Of a stretch of DNA of 64,000 nucleotides, positions 63,060 to 64,000 are shown one piece after another. The position numbers and the translations under genes were made by a program. The number at the start of each line of letters is the position of its first letter. Positions within the stretch are counted from its first letter, which is position 1. The stretch is taken from NCBI GenBank assembly GCA_030141605.1, contig JAQGDQ010000227.1, positions 186,001-250,000 of the forward strand, in the 5' to 3' direction. The notes beneath the pieces were generated by a model. It saw only the letters and a list, made by a program, of their open reading frames with translations, made no database searches and was not told the DNA's origin. The DNA is from Tubiluchus corallicola (Eukaryota; Animalia; Priapulida).

Positions 63060-64000
63060 GTATTTGAAAAACAAATTTTATCCGACACTTACTCTTGTTT
63101 TGTTTTTCTATAAATACTCTTGAGCTTAATATTACGTAAAATGTGTAATAACTCCAGTCATTTTTGTTTTTATACGAATAATGATTGCTAAAAATGTGAG
63201 CCTGTGAGATGAGCTATTCTGTCTCACGGCAATTTTGGGAAATTATGAGGGTAATTCGCTGTCGAAATTGACACGCCAGTTGGGATTATCCCCCAATTTA
63301 GTAATCAGCTCGTCAGGGAAAGTACTCGATATCGTTAAGGCCAGCCTGTATACGCACTGCAATCTACACAGCTTAAAACGATCTTACTTTCATTTGAATT
63401 CATCAAGAGGTGTTGCGGTATAATACTGGTCATCGCTTTCAGTTTCCGAGCTATACAAAAGCATTCACTCTAGCCAATTGGGCAGAGCCACATGAATAAA
63501 TTCTAGTTTACAAACAAGAGATTAAACCATTCCCCAAGCTGTCTGTTCCTACTGGTCAGCACTGTTAGTGCCTGGGGCAGCAGATGTTGCAATTTGCATC
63601 TAAGCCTAATTGCTCTATTTGATGGTCACTTATTGTGGTTAAATAATAGACACCTAAATGAGTGTCAAGTATCTGATGAGGGGTCTACAGGCAACAGTGG
63701 GTTCTTGCTAGCAATGGTGTTCACTGTGTGTATTGATTTTGGTGATGATTATATATGGGCACATCAAGGCATTACAGGCAGATATAAGACACAGGCAGTG
63801 AATATACATCTTGAAGTTGCAAAGTCTGTGAATTATACTACTAAGCCTTTTCAGGGTTTCGATGGGCGTATGTCCAGTTGCTGTAGGTCAAAGTTTAAGT
63901 GTACCACAGCAACGTGTCTTAGCTACAATTGTCACGTGAAGTGTGTAAAGCACACCTGTCTGCCGCATCGGCTGAGTAAGTTCAGTTGTTTTACGTGGAC

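Overview
AT-rich eukaryotic (probably invertebrate metazoan) genomic DNA that is almost entirely non-coding. No complete protein-coding gene, intact transposase or reverse transcriptase, rRNA, true tRNA gene or CRISPR array can be supported; nearly all ORFs in the track are translations of microsatellites, minisatellites or TE remnants. The window contains (i) at least four families of TTAA-flanked, Kolobok/T2-type MITEs (about 13 copies), three hAT-type MITEs, two copies of a tRNA-derived SINE and several decayed non-LTR/Penelope-like fragments; (ii) about 11 unrelated minisatellite arrays plus long simple repeats; (iii) scattered + strand promoter-like and exon-like segments suggesting the intron-rich 5' part of a large host gene that I cannot name. 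The most unusual structures are a nested inverted-repeat cluster at about 39.3-42.7 kb, minisatellites apparently born from transposon termini, and a tail-to-tail MITE palindrome at 651-1750. I found no convincing novel protein-coding system. Identities and copy numbers are by-eye estimates.
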